Below are positions 13,101 through 25,121 of a stretch of DNA of 64,000 bases, one piece after another (position 1 is the stretch's first letter; every line of letters begins with the position of its first letter). Origin of the DNA: Takakia lepidozioides. Its lineage: Eukaryota > Plantae > Bryophyta. The DNA is taken from the NCBI GenBank assembly GCA_030704615.1, contig CM060733.1:5890001-5954000 (forward strand), in the 5' to 3' direction. The translations under genes were made by a program, and so were the position numbers. The notes beneath the pieces are model-generated. The model did not search any database. It had not been told where the DNA came from and saw nothing but the letters and a program-made list of their open reading frames with translations.

Positions 13101-16100
13101 TAAATCGGAATTTCAGCAATGATTGCAATTTGGGCCATTAGAAAAATCAGATGATGTAAGCCTTCTATAATGTGGTCATGAGCAGGAAGCAGAAAAATTG
13201 ACTACCTGATGTTGGGAGTCCACCACCACATAGGATATGTAGAGCTTTTTCCGTGCACGTGTCATGGCCACATAAAATAGCCGCCTCTCTTCCTGATCAA
13301 CGTTACAGGGGCATGTAAGTTTAGTGTTGGATGGGGAGGCGCAATTTTGGTGGTCGGCAGCACCGTCAGGGCATGATCATAGCCTTGAACTTGGCAGACA
13401 GCTTTGAAGACCAAAAAGGGGTTAGCCAGTACCTCAAGAGAGCATGAGCCCTCACCTACATAGCCCATTGCCTCATGTAGAAGTGGAGTCTCTGTATCAT
13501 TGGCCTTCACACACACATATTGCAACCATCTGTATCAGAACTTGCATTGCATTCTAGATATGATGTAAGGGGTCTACATCTTAGCTTCAGGATTTTATCT
13601 ACTATAATGGCTCCCATGGTGGCATTTGCTGCTCACAATCTCGCATCAGACCTACCTGAGCAAAGAAGGACTACTCAGAAGTCAAAATTCGTGCCGAGTC
13701 TTTCCAATAAAATGACTGAAAAAAAGGGTTAATTGAGGCTTGCCTTCACAATGAAAACTGTGTCCCATTCCTGGCCCTTTGACTGCACCCCCAGAATATC
13801 ACAATTAGTACCATGCCTGAAAATTCACTTTTTCTCCAATTTTGCAAAAGAAATGGGGCATACATCCCAGAGCACCTGATGCATTGTTGTTAACGTAACA
13901 GAGTTTTTGTTCTCTTCCCTCCGAAGGCGGAAATTGTCTTGCTCACGTGCCACCAGGTGGTCCAAGAAAGCCTTGAGTGCTGGCAGGCACCCATCGGCCC
14001 TTTGGGGAAGATGTCCATTGTCCACCGATGCCTTGTCTACATTAGTGCTCAATGCAGAAGAGCCCAAAAAGTCATTCACATCGTCCAAGAAGTACTCAAG
14101 GACCTGCAAATCCCCACCACAATGGTCGCTGTTGAATTTTCTTCTGAAATTGGTGTTTCAAAAGAGACTGCCTTTGAGTCCATTCATTCATGAAAACAAT
14201 ATATCTATATACTGGCTTGATGCTTATAGTAGTTGACCCAGCCTTTTACATTTGAAACAAGTCTTTTGTTTAAACATCTTTGGCGAAGTGCCACAGAGTA
14301 GAGCAACCCCCACCATAAATATGTTCAAAAGAAAGGACAGTAACTTTAGAACGTCTAGTCTAGAACGCTGGCCAAGTGTGAGTAAATGAATTTTAAATTT
14401 CAAAATTTTACCGTCCGGGGGTCATCATCCTCATTCAGAAGCTTTCCCCCGTTCTCATCCAATACTGCCCGTGTCTCGAAGACTGGCCTCTGCACAGTAA
14501 GGGAACCTTACGTCAACTCCCAGTATACTGCAAACTTAAGTAAGCTTGAGCGAGGAAATGTCAATATTTGAATGTAAAACAAAAAGGTTGGACGTTCTAA
14601 GGGCATGGTTGGAAATGAGATGAAGTGTTACTTGAGAAGAGACCAACACGTCCGCTTTGGACTGAGGACAAAAGGGAGGTGGGGAAATGAGGAGAGCGCA
14701 ATGGGCTTCACTACACTCTAGCGACACTCGTTGAATGCTGCCCATCAGATATCCTTAGTCTGCTTACTGGGAGAGGAAATAGGAACTCATAACTCGTTTG
14801 AAAACCCAAAGAGCTTGTATGACACGCATAGACAACGCCCCAGAAAATTTAGCTGCGCGGACGGAAAGTGCATTTCTGGGTGGCTATGATAATCCTCAAG
14901 TGCACTGTTCGTATGCAACTTTGAAGAGGAGCTATGGGAGGAATCGGAATTTCTAAATCTCATTCGCAATAAATTGATCTCATCCTCTCATAGACTTGGT
15001 AGAGACAGAAAAGCCTGATATAGCGGTCTCCCCTTTAAAAGCACAGCCAGGTATGTTATGAGAACAAGGGATGACTACCTGAGGCAAGAGATTCACAACA
15101 GCTGTGACCAATGCAGACAGTGCTTGCTCCTGTGAATAGCCCCAATGCACCGGGTTATACGCTTCTCCTATTTTTTTTCCATGGAGTAGCATACCGCAAC
15201 TATTGCATAAGACTCCTTTGTAATTTCAGCAGCAAAATATATGCAAATCGATCTTCCTAAACGCCAGGCATGGGATGGATGCAAACAGAGCAGAAGATGC
15301 CATGATTGTCAACGGTCAACGCTAGTAGTACAGATCTTCACTCAATGCTCAAAACAAATGGCAGGGACCAGAATTAATGACAAAACTAGTACAACAGAAA
15401 AAGGAATTCACCTTGTGTGCCAGGCGGTGTACCATGTCAATACAGGTGAGCACCTTTCGGCCTTGAGCAAGTTGGCGTCTGCATTACAAGAATTCACAGC
15501 CCGGTTCATTCTAAAGGATCCTCCTAACAGCGCTCCTGGCATCCTACGGCACTTCTGCATAGAATTTACTCATTACATTGGCCATAGGTGCTCACAGTGC
15601 ATGTGAGGAAGCAAGCAAACCAGCAAGAGAAAGAAGCTTAGTACAGCCCACAGGACCCTGAGAGATAGAGACCGACGGAAGAGAGTTGCTACCGTGGGGA
15701 ATTCAAAAACTCAAACCATTTCCAATCCACATTGAGAACAAAAAGTGCAGGGACCACAGACAATTAGATAGACCATAAAGCAAATATCATGGCTCAAGTG
15801 TGCTTGTGGGATCCAGGTTAAGCATCAGAGCTTTGCACTGGCCTTGAACTCTATGCAGTATGTATTATTTCGATGTAATAATGACTTCTGCAGTTGCATC
15901 AAAGCAAAAAAAAGTAACTACATATTTAATGATTTCACGGGTATTGAAGAAAGGAGCCATAATTCTAAAATGACACTTGTGTGAGACGGGTCAGACCTGT
16001 TGAAAGTGCCAGAAACCTTTGCTGTAAAAATGGTCTGTGCGGCTTGGTAGAAGTTGGAGGTACTGCTCTTAGCAACTTTATCTACATATTCCACAGCCTG

Positions 16101-19100
16101 AAGATGAATGTCAAGATTATTCAATCCACAACTTCCAGCAAAGACATTACAGAAACTGGCTTGGACAAAAGGACGAGAAGCTAACCTTTTTTGTTTCTGG
16201 TTTATCCCCAGCATACAGTGCCTTGAACACCCGCCGACAGTGAATGTCTGTATTATCTGTTACCACTGTCCAGAGCATTGCGGTGACATTCTTGATAATC
16301 TGCAAAAGAAGCACCAAGATAAAGAGTAAAAGTTGCTCAAATGCTTTGTATCATTTGAAGCCCAAACAAGTTCAGTCACTTGAAGATGTACCAACTTACT
16401 GGCAAGGATTGCAAACCTATCCAGCAAGTTTACACTACAAACCTTCTTGCGGTAAAAAGCTACGCCATGAACATTGAATGGAATCTTGCGGGCTCGAAAT
16501 GCTGTCTGGAAAATTCTTCCTGTAACCTGTACAACCATCCTTTCAGTCAAAACTCCAGCCTTTCCAGTATCTCAATTGATTGTTGCAGGCTATTGTGCAA
16601 CATGCATGCAAGCTGTCCATATGTTTCAAGGGACCTAACTACTAAATTTACAATGAGATAAGAGACAAACTCCAACAATGATATATGAATCAAAATTAGC
16701 TCCTATCTTAAGACTCAAGTGTACATGCTGGCGGTGATACAGAACAGCAGTATTCCCATAACTGGGCTTAAATTTAGCATGTGCAGAAGCATTCACTATA
16801 AGCGCCTAGCTTAAGGCTCAAGTGTACATGCCTGGCGGCGATACAGAACAGCAGTATTCCCATAACTGGGCTTTGATTTAGCATGTGCAGAAGCATTCAC
16901 GAGAATGGTGTCAACAACAAATCCACATTGGGCAGATTCTGTCCGGCACTCCCTCACCGTTATCTGTTGGGATCTAGTCAAGAAATGCAAATGGCTTGGA
17001 ACGACCATTTATTCTTGCAAAGAGAGATTTAAGGTGAAATCCCCTGAAAGCAATTGGCATGCTGAGCACGTGTAAGGTACCATAGGGAGAGTGGTGAAAG
17101 ATTCACCGTTTTTGGCATATCGAGTGCCAAACCAGTGAGAACCTGCTGCAAGGACATGACACACTGTTCCGCATGAGCTGCTCTATCAAATATAATGGAG
17201 CCTCAGCAATGTCGGACCCAATCAGCGAACAATCTGCAGCACCTACATTTAAATACACCAATTTCAACCAAGACTGCCCACAGTTGCAAGGACTTAAGAG
17301 GATACTCTGTCCCCATCTGCATTGTCAGTGTGGGGTTGCTTGGCTTGGGAGCGTTTTACATTATTTTTTATGAGCCAGGATGCAGCTTCCACAATTGAGC
17401 GCGTTGACCGATAGTTCTGATGGAGTCTAACCTGTAAGCAATCATAGTGACCAAATTCAAACCTCAGAAACACCAAGATTGACAGATATCTATGGAAACT
17501 ACTCAACTACGTTTCCATGTAGTCAATGAGTGTCTCACAGTGAATTGACAAGTGGGATATTAACACCAACCAAAGCTGATAGATACTGCAAAAAAACCCA
17601 GAGCTGAGATCTTTACAACTACAAAGGCAGCAATGTCAGCAGGAATAATTGCTGTGAACAGCCGAAAACAGATGATTAGAGTGCGGTGTTGTACTAACCT
17701 CCTTCAGATCAGGAAAATCTTTGCGAAAAGAGTCAAAGCCTGTAGCATTTGCTCCATTGAAGCTGAAGATTGACTGCACCAAGCATAGTAACTCTCTACT
17801 TACATAGGCATTCAACAAAAAAACATGTTTTGAAGTGTGTTACTCCCCTAGCCAAAAGGGAACTGACAACAAGCTTGCCAAACAAACAAAAGACTTACAA
17901 GGGTATTTCAAATGCCTTGGTAGAGTGGCCACAAGAATTCTAACCTGATCATCATCGCCAACGACAGTGATGCGGTTATGTGAAGCAATCAATCGCAGGA
18001 AGCTATACTGCATGGTGCTGGTGTCCTGGAACTCATCAACCAGCACGCTTGTCCATGTTTTCTGGCATTCCTCCAGCACTTTTCCCACCCGACTCGTGAA
18101 TGAAGACCAATATATTCTCAACAGTCACTGCAAATGGGTGATACTGCTGGGGCTACTTTTATTACTGGGTTTGAGATTGTGTACCTTGAGGATGGTCAAG
18201 TAGCAGGCGGACTGAAGAACTGATGAAATCATGGTAGTCAAGTGCATTGCACGCTGCCAAGGTTGCCTCATAATGTCTCAGAACTGCTGCCTACTATCCA
18301 GCAGTTGTCAGAACAGATTGTTTTGGTCGCAAGCTCACAAGGTGCAACACAGAACATAGAGGTGTTTGCCAAGAGATCATACATGGGTACATACAGTTAT
18401 TCTACATGCAAGAACTTTCCTAGTCCAGGAGTGCGAGGAAAAAGAATGACTCACCCCACTTATATTGCCCATATCAGCATAGTCGCTTGAAGTCTTTCCT
18501 GCTGCTTTAGCCTGTAATAACAGACATTCAACATTCAGTGTGAAAGATTAAGTGCCTGCTACTTGTACTGCATCCAGCAAAGGAATGACCCATGCACACC
18601 CACAACTTTGTTGCCAAGTTTGGAAACAATGTGAATGCATCACAACGACGGCAACCCCCTCTCCTTGATCTTTTAAGTCTCTGATCACAGCTTCTGCGAA
18701 GGAAATGCACAGGGCTTCCAAACACCCTACATCCTAGGCTATTGTAGAAACCCACAGCTTCCCTGTTGCTGGCCATTTTGCACAAAGAAGGCATCAACAT
18801 GTATGAGACAACGCTAAATGTATATTCAAGGCAAGGTTGCATGGTGTGCAAAGCTCTCAATTTTCTGCAGAAGGAAAGGCAGAGGGTAGGGGTTCTAGAG
18901 AAGAGGAGAGATATTCATGAGCAACCTGGAATGGTTTCAATATTGTAAGAAAATAAATTCAGAAGTACCAAATTATGCACAGATCTATAAAACTTACTTG
19001 GGTTACAAACTGCTGCCACTTCCTGGCCTTATCCTTACAGATTGCCGGACTCAGACCATCACCTGTACCATCTGGTTTCGTCTCTATGAAATTAGTTCTA

Positions 19101-21520
19101 GGAGGATCATCTGAGACAACACTGCCCTGGGCTGTCTGAGTTTCAAGGAGAGCAAGTCGGGTGGCCTCTATAACAGCTCTCCTTTGCTGCCCCTGCCCAT
19201 AGATTAAGAATTCAGGAGTGCGCCCCAACCTGCCAAAATGAAAGCCAATGGAAGTATAAAGGCATTGGATGCTGATTCTAGGCCTAGTCTTTATCTTCAC
19301 AGACCTTCCACTGCAATCTTAACATTGTTAATGAACAAGAATTTCTTGATAAGATACTTGCAGGGGGAGAACAAAAGAGTATGTTGCCAGTTGTAGTGAT
19401 GGTTAACATGAGAGCTGAATCACTGACTTTTCGGCATGTGAACGGCACAGCTGTAAGCAGAAAGAGTGGAATGTGCAGATGGAGAGCTCTTTGGACACAG
19501 TTTTGCCAACTGCGAGCCCCACCCGCTCTCTCATTTCAGTGGCAGCTGCAGTTGTAAATGTCATGGCCAGAATTTTACATGCTTCTTCACCCTGAGAAGA
19601 AAGCATTTTGTTAGAATAGCTTGCAAACGAAACATTTATGCACATTTAGTCCACCTGCCTTCATTGTCACAAATTACTGTATCCAAAAATGTCTGGAGAA
19701 ATGGTCCTGTACAAAAGCGGGACTCTTGGATGTCCAGGGCATATCCAAAGTGTTCAAATCATCGTGGGATGACCTTTGACTCAAAACAAAATACAACTGA
19801 TTCCAGATACAACAACCCACCATAACCCTCCCTTTAACATGTTTGGGAACGCATTGCATGGAGCCTGGCTGCAGATTGAGAATCAGTTGCCATCACACAC
19901 CTCTCTCAGAAGTGAAACCAATCGTGCAACCATTGTAGATGTCTGCAAAAGCCACAAGAGCTGAAGTTAGTAGCAAGACCAGATCAGGCTCAAAACAGCT
20001 GCAACGATGATATGGTATGCAATCGTGGTACAAAGGTTCCAAAAAGATGAGAATTACACCTTTCCGCTGCCAGGCCCAGCTAGTATCAGCAATGGCTTGG
20101 AGGTGTCGCTGAGGGCTGCTTCCCTTTGTGATTTGTTGAGGGCTCGCAAGTGTTCAGGCAGTTCTTCAAACACAGGAACCACATGGGATGTACTGCAGTC
20201 GGGGACATCACTCCCTGCAGCAAACAAAGATGGAGAGACAGCCATGGAGATAGCTGTAACTCCAGGAAGGGATAGGGGGGTAACCATATCTGCAGGGAAA
20301 CAAGACGTAGAGGTAGTTGGAGGGAAGGGATTTGTTGATGTAATAACCTCCAGGTGAGGATACTGCAGGGTGCCACCGCTAAACTTTGATAATTCACTTA
20401 CTGAGGGGGTTAGGGCTAGATTAGCTCCAGTGAGTGACTCTTCAGTGCAAAGTGTAATGCACACACCAGCTGTGGGGCTCACGTGGGGAGGTAGAAGATT
20501 GCAATTTTGATCTTTTTGACAAGGCAAGTTGCCTGCACCTGGGGCTAGAACCTTTCCTGGACTTTTGCATTGTTTCCCACAAAGGACATCTAGTTCTAGC
20601 ATCAGATCTTCATCAAAATCAAATTCTTCAGATATACAAAATTGTGGAACGTATCCCTCACTATGCTTTCTTAATTTCCAAGACAAATCACGATTTTCTT
20701 CGCTTGAAGATGTTAGGACTTCTCCCCTCCTCATGGGGGAGGCAGCCCGTGGAGGGAAGACTGTTTCGTTAGTCACTTCCTCTCTCTTGTTTGATTGAAG
20801 ATGCACAGTGCCAGGGTTACAAGTTCCACTGATGGGTTGGTTTCCCATTTGCTTCCAAACTTGGTTTTCTGGCAATTCGGTCAGGGGTCGTCTCTGGCAT
20901 TGATCAGTCTTGGTGGGTGTACAAATCCTTTTCACAGGATTGGGGCTCCTGGACAATCAAAGCCTGGGTAAGAATAAAAAAAAAATAGGAGGGAAACAGA
21001 AGAAGACGATCACTCAAGAAAATCCAATAATCACAAACCCAATTTTGTAAAGACACGCGGTGAGGACATGACTGGAGACGTTCAAACGGTCATCCGCGGC
21101 AATGAATTTGAATTTGCAACCTGAAGTTCCTTCAACATACCGAAGAGAAAGGCGAGATTTCACAGCATCAGAAGCGCAAGCATAGAAAACCTCAGGACAG
21201 GTATGGAGAGAATGCACATACCTGCAGCCAGTTGAGCCTGTCTGTGAATCGATACCAAGTGGCACTATTGGTGGATTTCGAGTCTCTGTCGGCCATAGCG
21301 TGTGAGGGGGAGGGACCGTGGCGGGCCGGGAAACAGGCAAATGTGACCTCTTTCGAGCCAGGATAGCCTTCGCAACCCTGAAATTATGAGTTATCCGAGC
21401 TTGCTGCTGTTCACTCAGATGTTTGTGCGAGTCCTGATTCATGATACCAGAGTCCGTTGGACTGCAGCCTTGGTTCCCGATCCGCCAGCCACCATCTGAG
21501 CGATTGTTTCGGTCCTGCAT
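10192..21520 (-). CDS. SRS2: ATP-dependent DNA helicase SRS2-like (UvrD/REP SF1 family), 29 coding exons
   Basis: Motifs: [115 protein letters not shown], and the plant SRS2 C-terminus ([29 protein letters not shown]). Exons: 21222-21520, 20060-20948, 19901-19942, 19428-19591, 18998-19229, 18455-18511, 18185-18290, 17945-18078, 17699-17773, 17306-17431, 16832-16963, 16443-16526, 16186-16299, 15997-16097, 15412-15478, 15079-15129, 14412-14489, 13876-14103, 13744-13782, 13433-13504, 13206-13292, 12850-12906, 12324-12658, 12035-12128, 11637-11687, 11139-11201, 10648-10707, 10421-10483, 10192-10281. The start codon is tentative. Confidence 0.93.
16707..16900. repeat. ~90-bp tandem duplication of the SRS2 exon-11 3' end and donor region
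   Basis: 16707-16796 versus 16810-16900, nearly identical. Confidence 0.9.
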
Positions 21521-22167
21521 ATGCCGGGACTCCACAATCTGTACTCACAGATTACGTCCCATGTGTATGATCAACCTGCAACTTCATGACCTAGTCGACC
21601 AAGACAAGATCTGGCATCGATCCTGAAAAGTTAACTCGAATCGAACAAAAAATGCTCCTGAATTTAGTCAAGTCTGTATGCGAATTTCCTGATCGGGTTC
21701 TCTTGTCGCTTTTCAGAGAATCGTCATCTACAGGTCTTACGAGATATTGGGGAAATTTCAGTAGACCGAAATAGAGTTCAGAAATTCTCAACTTGGAGAT
21801 CTTCATTTAAGCCATAAGAATTATCCTCGCCTAGCTTGGGACTCGGCGATTCAGATGCTGATGTCAATAGCGAGCGGCATGGTTGAGTATTGAGCAAGAC
21901 GGAAGCTGAATGCACGCAGCGTGTGCGAGAAGCTCCGCCAAGATTCAAAACAGGCCGGGCAGACACAAGGCGGGAACCAACCAGCGAACGAAAAACATGT
22001 CTCAGGCGAAAAAGAACGATTCTGCAGTAACGGAAACGACCGAAGTTTCGAATGAACGAGCGCCCGGCACCCGACGAACGCTGGATGAACGCACTGAACG
22101 AAGGAGTAAAGAACGAGAATGGAAAATAATCACCTGTACGACTGAATCCCCAACAAACCAACCACAT

Positions 22168-22597
22168 CTAGTGACCGAATGATTGATAAGTAGGCACAAA
22201 TCAAATCATCCAATCATTGATGTGGCCGCAATCACAATCTAATTCTTCCCATTCTTCGTTCTTCATACCAACATACACCATTCTCTTTTGGTGATTCTAT
22301 TCTTTATTTGCATGCGGCCACAATCACAATCTAATTTTTCCGTTCTTCATACAACATACAACATTCTCTTTCGGATTCGGTGACTTGTATTCTTATTTGC
22401 ATGTCGGTATCATGTGATGGCTTCCCACCTAGTGACTGAATGATAAGTTGGCACAAATCAAATCAAATCATCCAATCATTGATGCGGCCGCAATCACAAT
22501 CTGATTCTTCCCATTCTTCATTCTTCATACAACCTACAACATTCTCTTTGGGTGACTGTATTCTATTTGCATGTCGGTGTCATCCGATGGCTTCCCA
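22168..22597. repeat. Imperfect tandem duplication upstream of SRS2
   Basis: CTAGTGAC.GAATGAT..AAG..GGCACAAATCAAATCATCCAATCATTGATG.GGCCGCAATCACAATCT starts at ~22168 and ~22429, with an internal partial third copy near 22310. Confidence 0.8.
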
Positions 22598-22688
22598 TGT
22601 CCTCTTGCAAACACCCACTTCAATTCCACACCAACTTGGTAATGAATCGTCCCCGAGTCGGTCCTAACGTTGTAAGTTGTAACCTAAT

Positions 22689-22932
22689 AAAGCTTCAGCA
22701 CCAGCTTTTCCACAACAAGCAATCAAACCATTTATTTATTTATTTCACACCTGGGAGTCAATAGTGAGAGGCGCACCATTGTACCCTAAAGCTTCAGCAC
22801 CAGCTTTTCCACAACAAGCAATCAAACCATTTATTTATTTATTTCACACCTGGGAGTCAATAGTGAGAGGCGCACCATTGTACCCTAAAGCTTCAGCACC
22901 AGCTTTTCCACAACAAGCAATCAAACCATTTA
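22689..22932. repeat. ~98-bp tandem repeat (~2.5 copies) containing a SINE 3'-end fragment
   Basis: Unit AAAGCTTCAGCACCAGCTTTTCCACAACAAGCAATCAAACCA(TTTA)nTTTCACACCTGGGAGTCAATAGTGAGAGGCGCACCATTGTACCCT. Confidence 0.9.
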
Positions 22933-22935
22933 CTC

Positions 22936-23172
22936 TTTTTTTTCTTAATTTTAAAGGGAAACACACACCAGGGAGCAGGCCCCTCAATAGTGAGAGGAGA
23001 CAATAACCTCTTTCACAGTAACCGCGCCATTATAAGGCGTAGAAATGGAAACTGGAGGAAACCACCCAGGGAAGGGGGAGAAGAGTATACCACACCCGTC
23101 AAATAGCAGGATTTGACACCCGTATCATCTGGGTGGCACTCAATGCACTTTACCAACTGAGCTACTGACTGG
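22936..23172 (-). mobile_element. tRNA-derived SINE, family B
   Basis: Minus strand: A-box TAGCTCAGTTGG, B-box-like GGTGTCAAATCC, 3' end GTGTTTCCCTTT plus A-rich tail. Confidence 0.75.
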
Positions 23173-23387
23173 TACTCAATTTACTAATGTTCCCCTTAAT
23201 ATTTACGAAGGCAGAAGTGCATAATCTCTCTTTGATTTGTCTTGGCTCGTCCCTCACCCTTGCCAAGCCTCATGGCTTCACTCGGGTTATTTTTTCCCGT
23301 TTCAGTAAGAATTAGTGGGCTTCTGCCTTAAGAAAAAAAAATTAAAAACTACAAAAAGATCACTGTCCCCATATATAAATACCACCA

Positions 23388-23547
23388 CCGGTCGGTAGCT
23401 CAGTTGGATAGTGCACTGAGTGCCACCTAGCGATCCTGGGCTCAAATCTGCTATCTTCTTCTCCCCCTTCGGTGTCCCCTCACGCTGATTAAGGGGTCCG
23501 ATTTGTGAGCGGTCGCTCCCAAGGCCGGGTGTTTCCCTTGAAAAAAA
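23388..23547 (+). mobile_element. tRNA-derived SINE, family B
   Basis: CCGGTCGGTAGCTCAGTTGGATAGTGCACTGAGTGCCACC.. (A-box), GGCTCAAATC (B-box-like), 3' GTGTTTCCCTTG-A7. Head and 3' end match the 22936-23172 copy. Confidence 0.75.
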
Positions 23548-24332
23548 CAATTATGGTGAGAAAAGTTTAATTGATGAAATTGTCCCGTATCCGCATGCAG
23601 AGATCATCCACCGCAGCTGCATGCTCAACTTATCTCTAAGGTAGGACCAACAACCTTTCTTATTATTTTCCAACCTCCAAAAGTTCAGTTATCGATTTCA
23701 TTAGATTTCTAACCCGAATCGGACCCAAAGTGACGCCCAGTCAGCTATCACTCATGGCTTATCAAACTACTATGATAAACAACATGAGTCGAGTCATGCC
23801 TAGTAGGTGAGTGACACTTTCCAGAGTTTCAAACATTATTAACAATTAATTATTTACTACAACCAATTAGAGCATGACGCGCTTTGCTACGAAATCCTCG
23901 GCTCGACGTCAGGGCGACCCATTATATCCGGAAACGGTTCTCCTCACCCTCCTCGCGGCGGCAGAGAGCTCAGCTACGTCCGCCAATGATGGAGCGCCAC
24001 GGTGGCAAGGCGAGCAAAGAACCGAATCCAGCATAGAACGAGAGGCATGCAGGATAACGGGTACGACTAGATCCAGGCGGGCTGGCTATATATAGAACTG
24101 CGCGCATGCCAGGAATAGCCGCCAATCGCCGGCCTGCAAATAGATAGCCTCGCTCTGTTTGGCCTGCCCAAAAGCGACCCTCTAAAGTGCTCTGCGCACG
24201 TGCACGCAATCATCGCCCGTCCTGCCCACCCGCCCCTTCTGGCCCCGCCATCCTGGATGGATGAAATACCGTATACATCCATGGATGGAGCCCACCTGAA
24301 ATCATACTATCTGCACAGTATATTCCTTACTC

Positions 24333-25121
24333 CTAGGGTTAGGGCCCGGTCTTGACCCCTCAGCCCTTGGCCTCTCAACTTCAAAATAATATAATGGTTA
24401 TTAGGCCTCTAAAGTGTAAACACCACACTACTGGGGCCAGAACCCTTATGATAAAAGAAGAAAAAGTGCGGGTGTAAAGTAAACTGGCACTGTAAACTGG
24501 CACTGTTAGGCTGGAAGGTATCTAGAATCTACCTATTTCACCTGCAGTTCTCTAAGAAGGAATTAACTGGGGAGAAAAAGAAAAAGTTAAATATGACCGG
24601 AAGGAATCGGAAATTATGGTATCTCTTGACCCCAAAAAGCTACTGCATTCCGGCTGGAAGGTGAACACCTTTGTGACATGAATCGCTCAGTTGAACCCGC
24701 AACCACTTTCGAGGTTGTATCTGCCCATTCCCACTGGGCTACAACTTGGTTGTTGCCGGGGAGAAATAATAATATTTGACGCCTCCCCAAGGAAGCGTAA
24801 ATTATGGTGTCTCTTCAGCCGGAAGGGTGACACCAAGGGATTGAACCCACAACCACTTCCGAGGTGGATTACCGCTGGGCAAAATTTATTTATAAGATTA
24901 TTTTGGGGAAAATAATTAAAACCCCAGATACACCAAACTTGAACCCAACCGTCAGCTATGAAAAACACCGCTGAATACCGTCGTGTAGACGTAGCTTGAG
25001 AGAAATGCAAGTATGGAAAACGGGCACGCTAGTCCTTAACTTAGTTTAAGGAAAACCCTTCCCGTTTGGTGTCGGGTTTGTGATTAGCTAGGCTAGGGCT
25101 CAAGACTAACTTCAACCCAAG
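24333..25121. mobile_element. Possible MITE with imperfect ~30-bp TIRs and internal direct repeats
   Basis: Left CTAGGGTTAGGGCCCGGTCTTGACCCCTCAGC versus right (reverse complement) CTTGGGTTGAAGTTAGTCTTGAGCCCTAGC. Internal repeats TTGAACCC.CAACCACTT.CGAGG and AAATTATGGT.TCTCTT. Confidence 0.4.

Noticed and set aside
22689-22932. CRISPR-like repeat-spacer array
   Set aside because: The 'spacers' are identical and the context is eukaryotic; it is a tandem duplication.
23388-23460. tRNA gene
   Set aside because: A/B boxes are present but there is no consistent cloverleaf or acceptor stem. It is followed by a body and A-tail and has diverged copies, so it is called a SINE.
24334-24345. Interstitial telomeric repeat
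   Set aside because: Only about two TTAGGG-like units; not an array.
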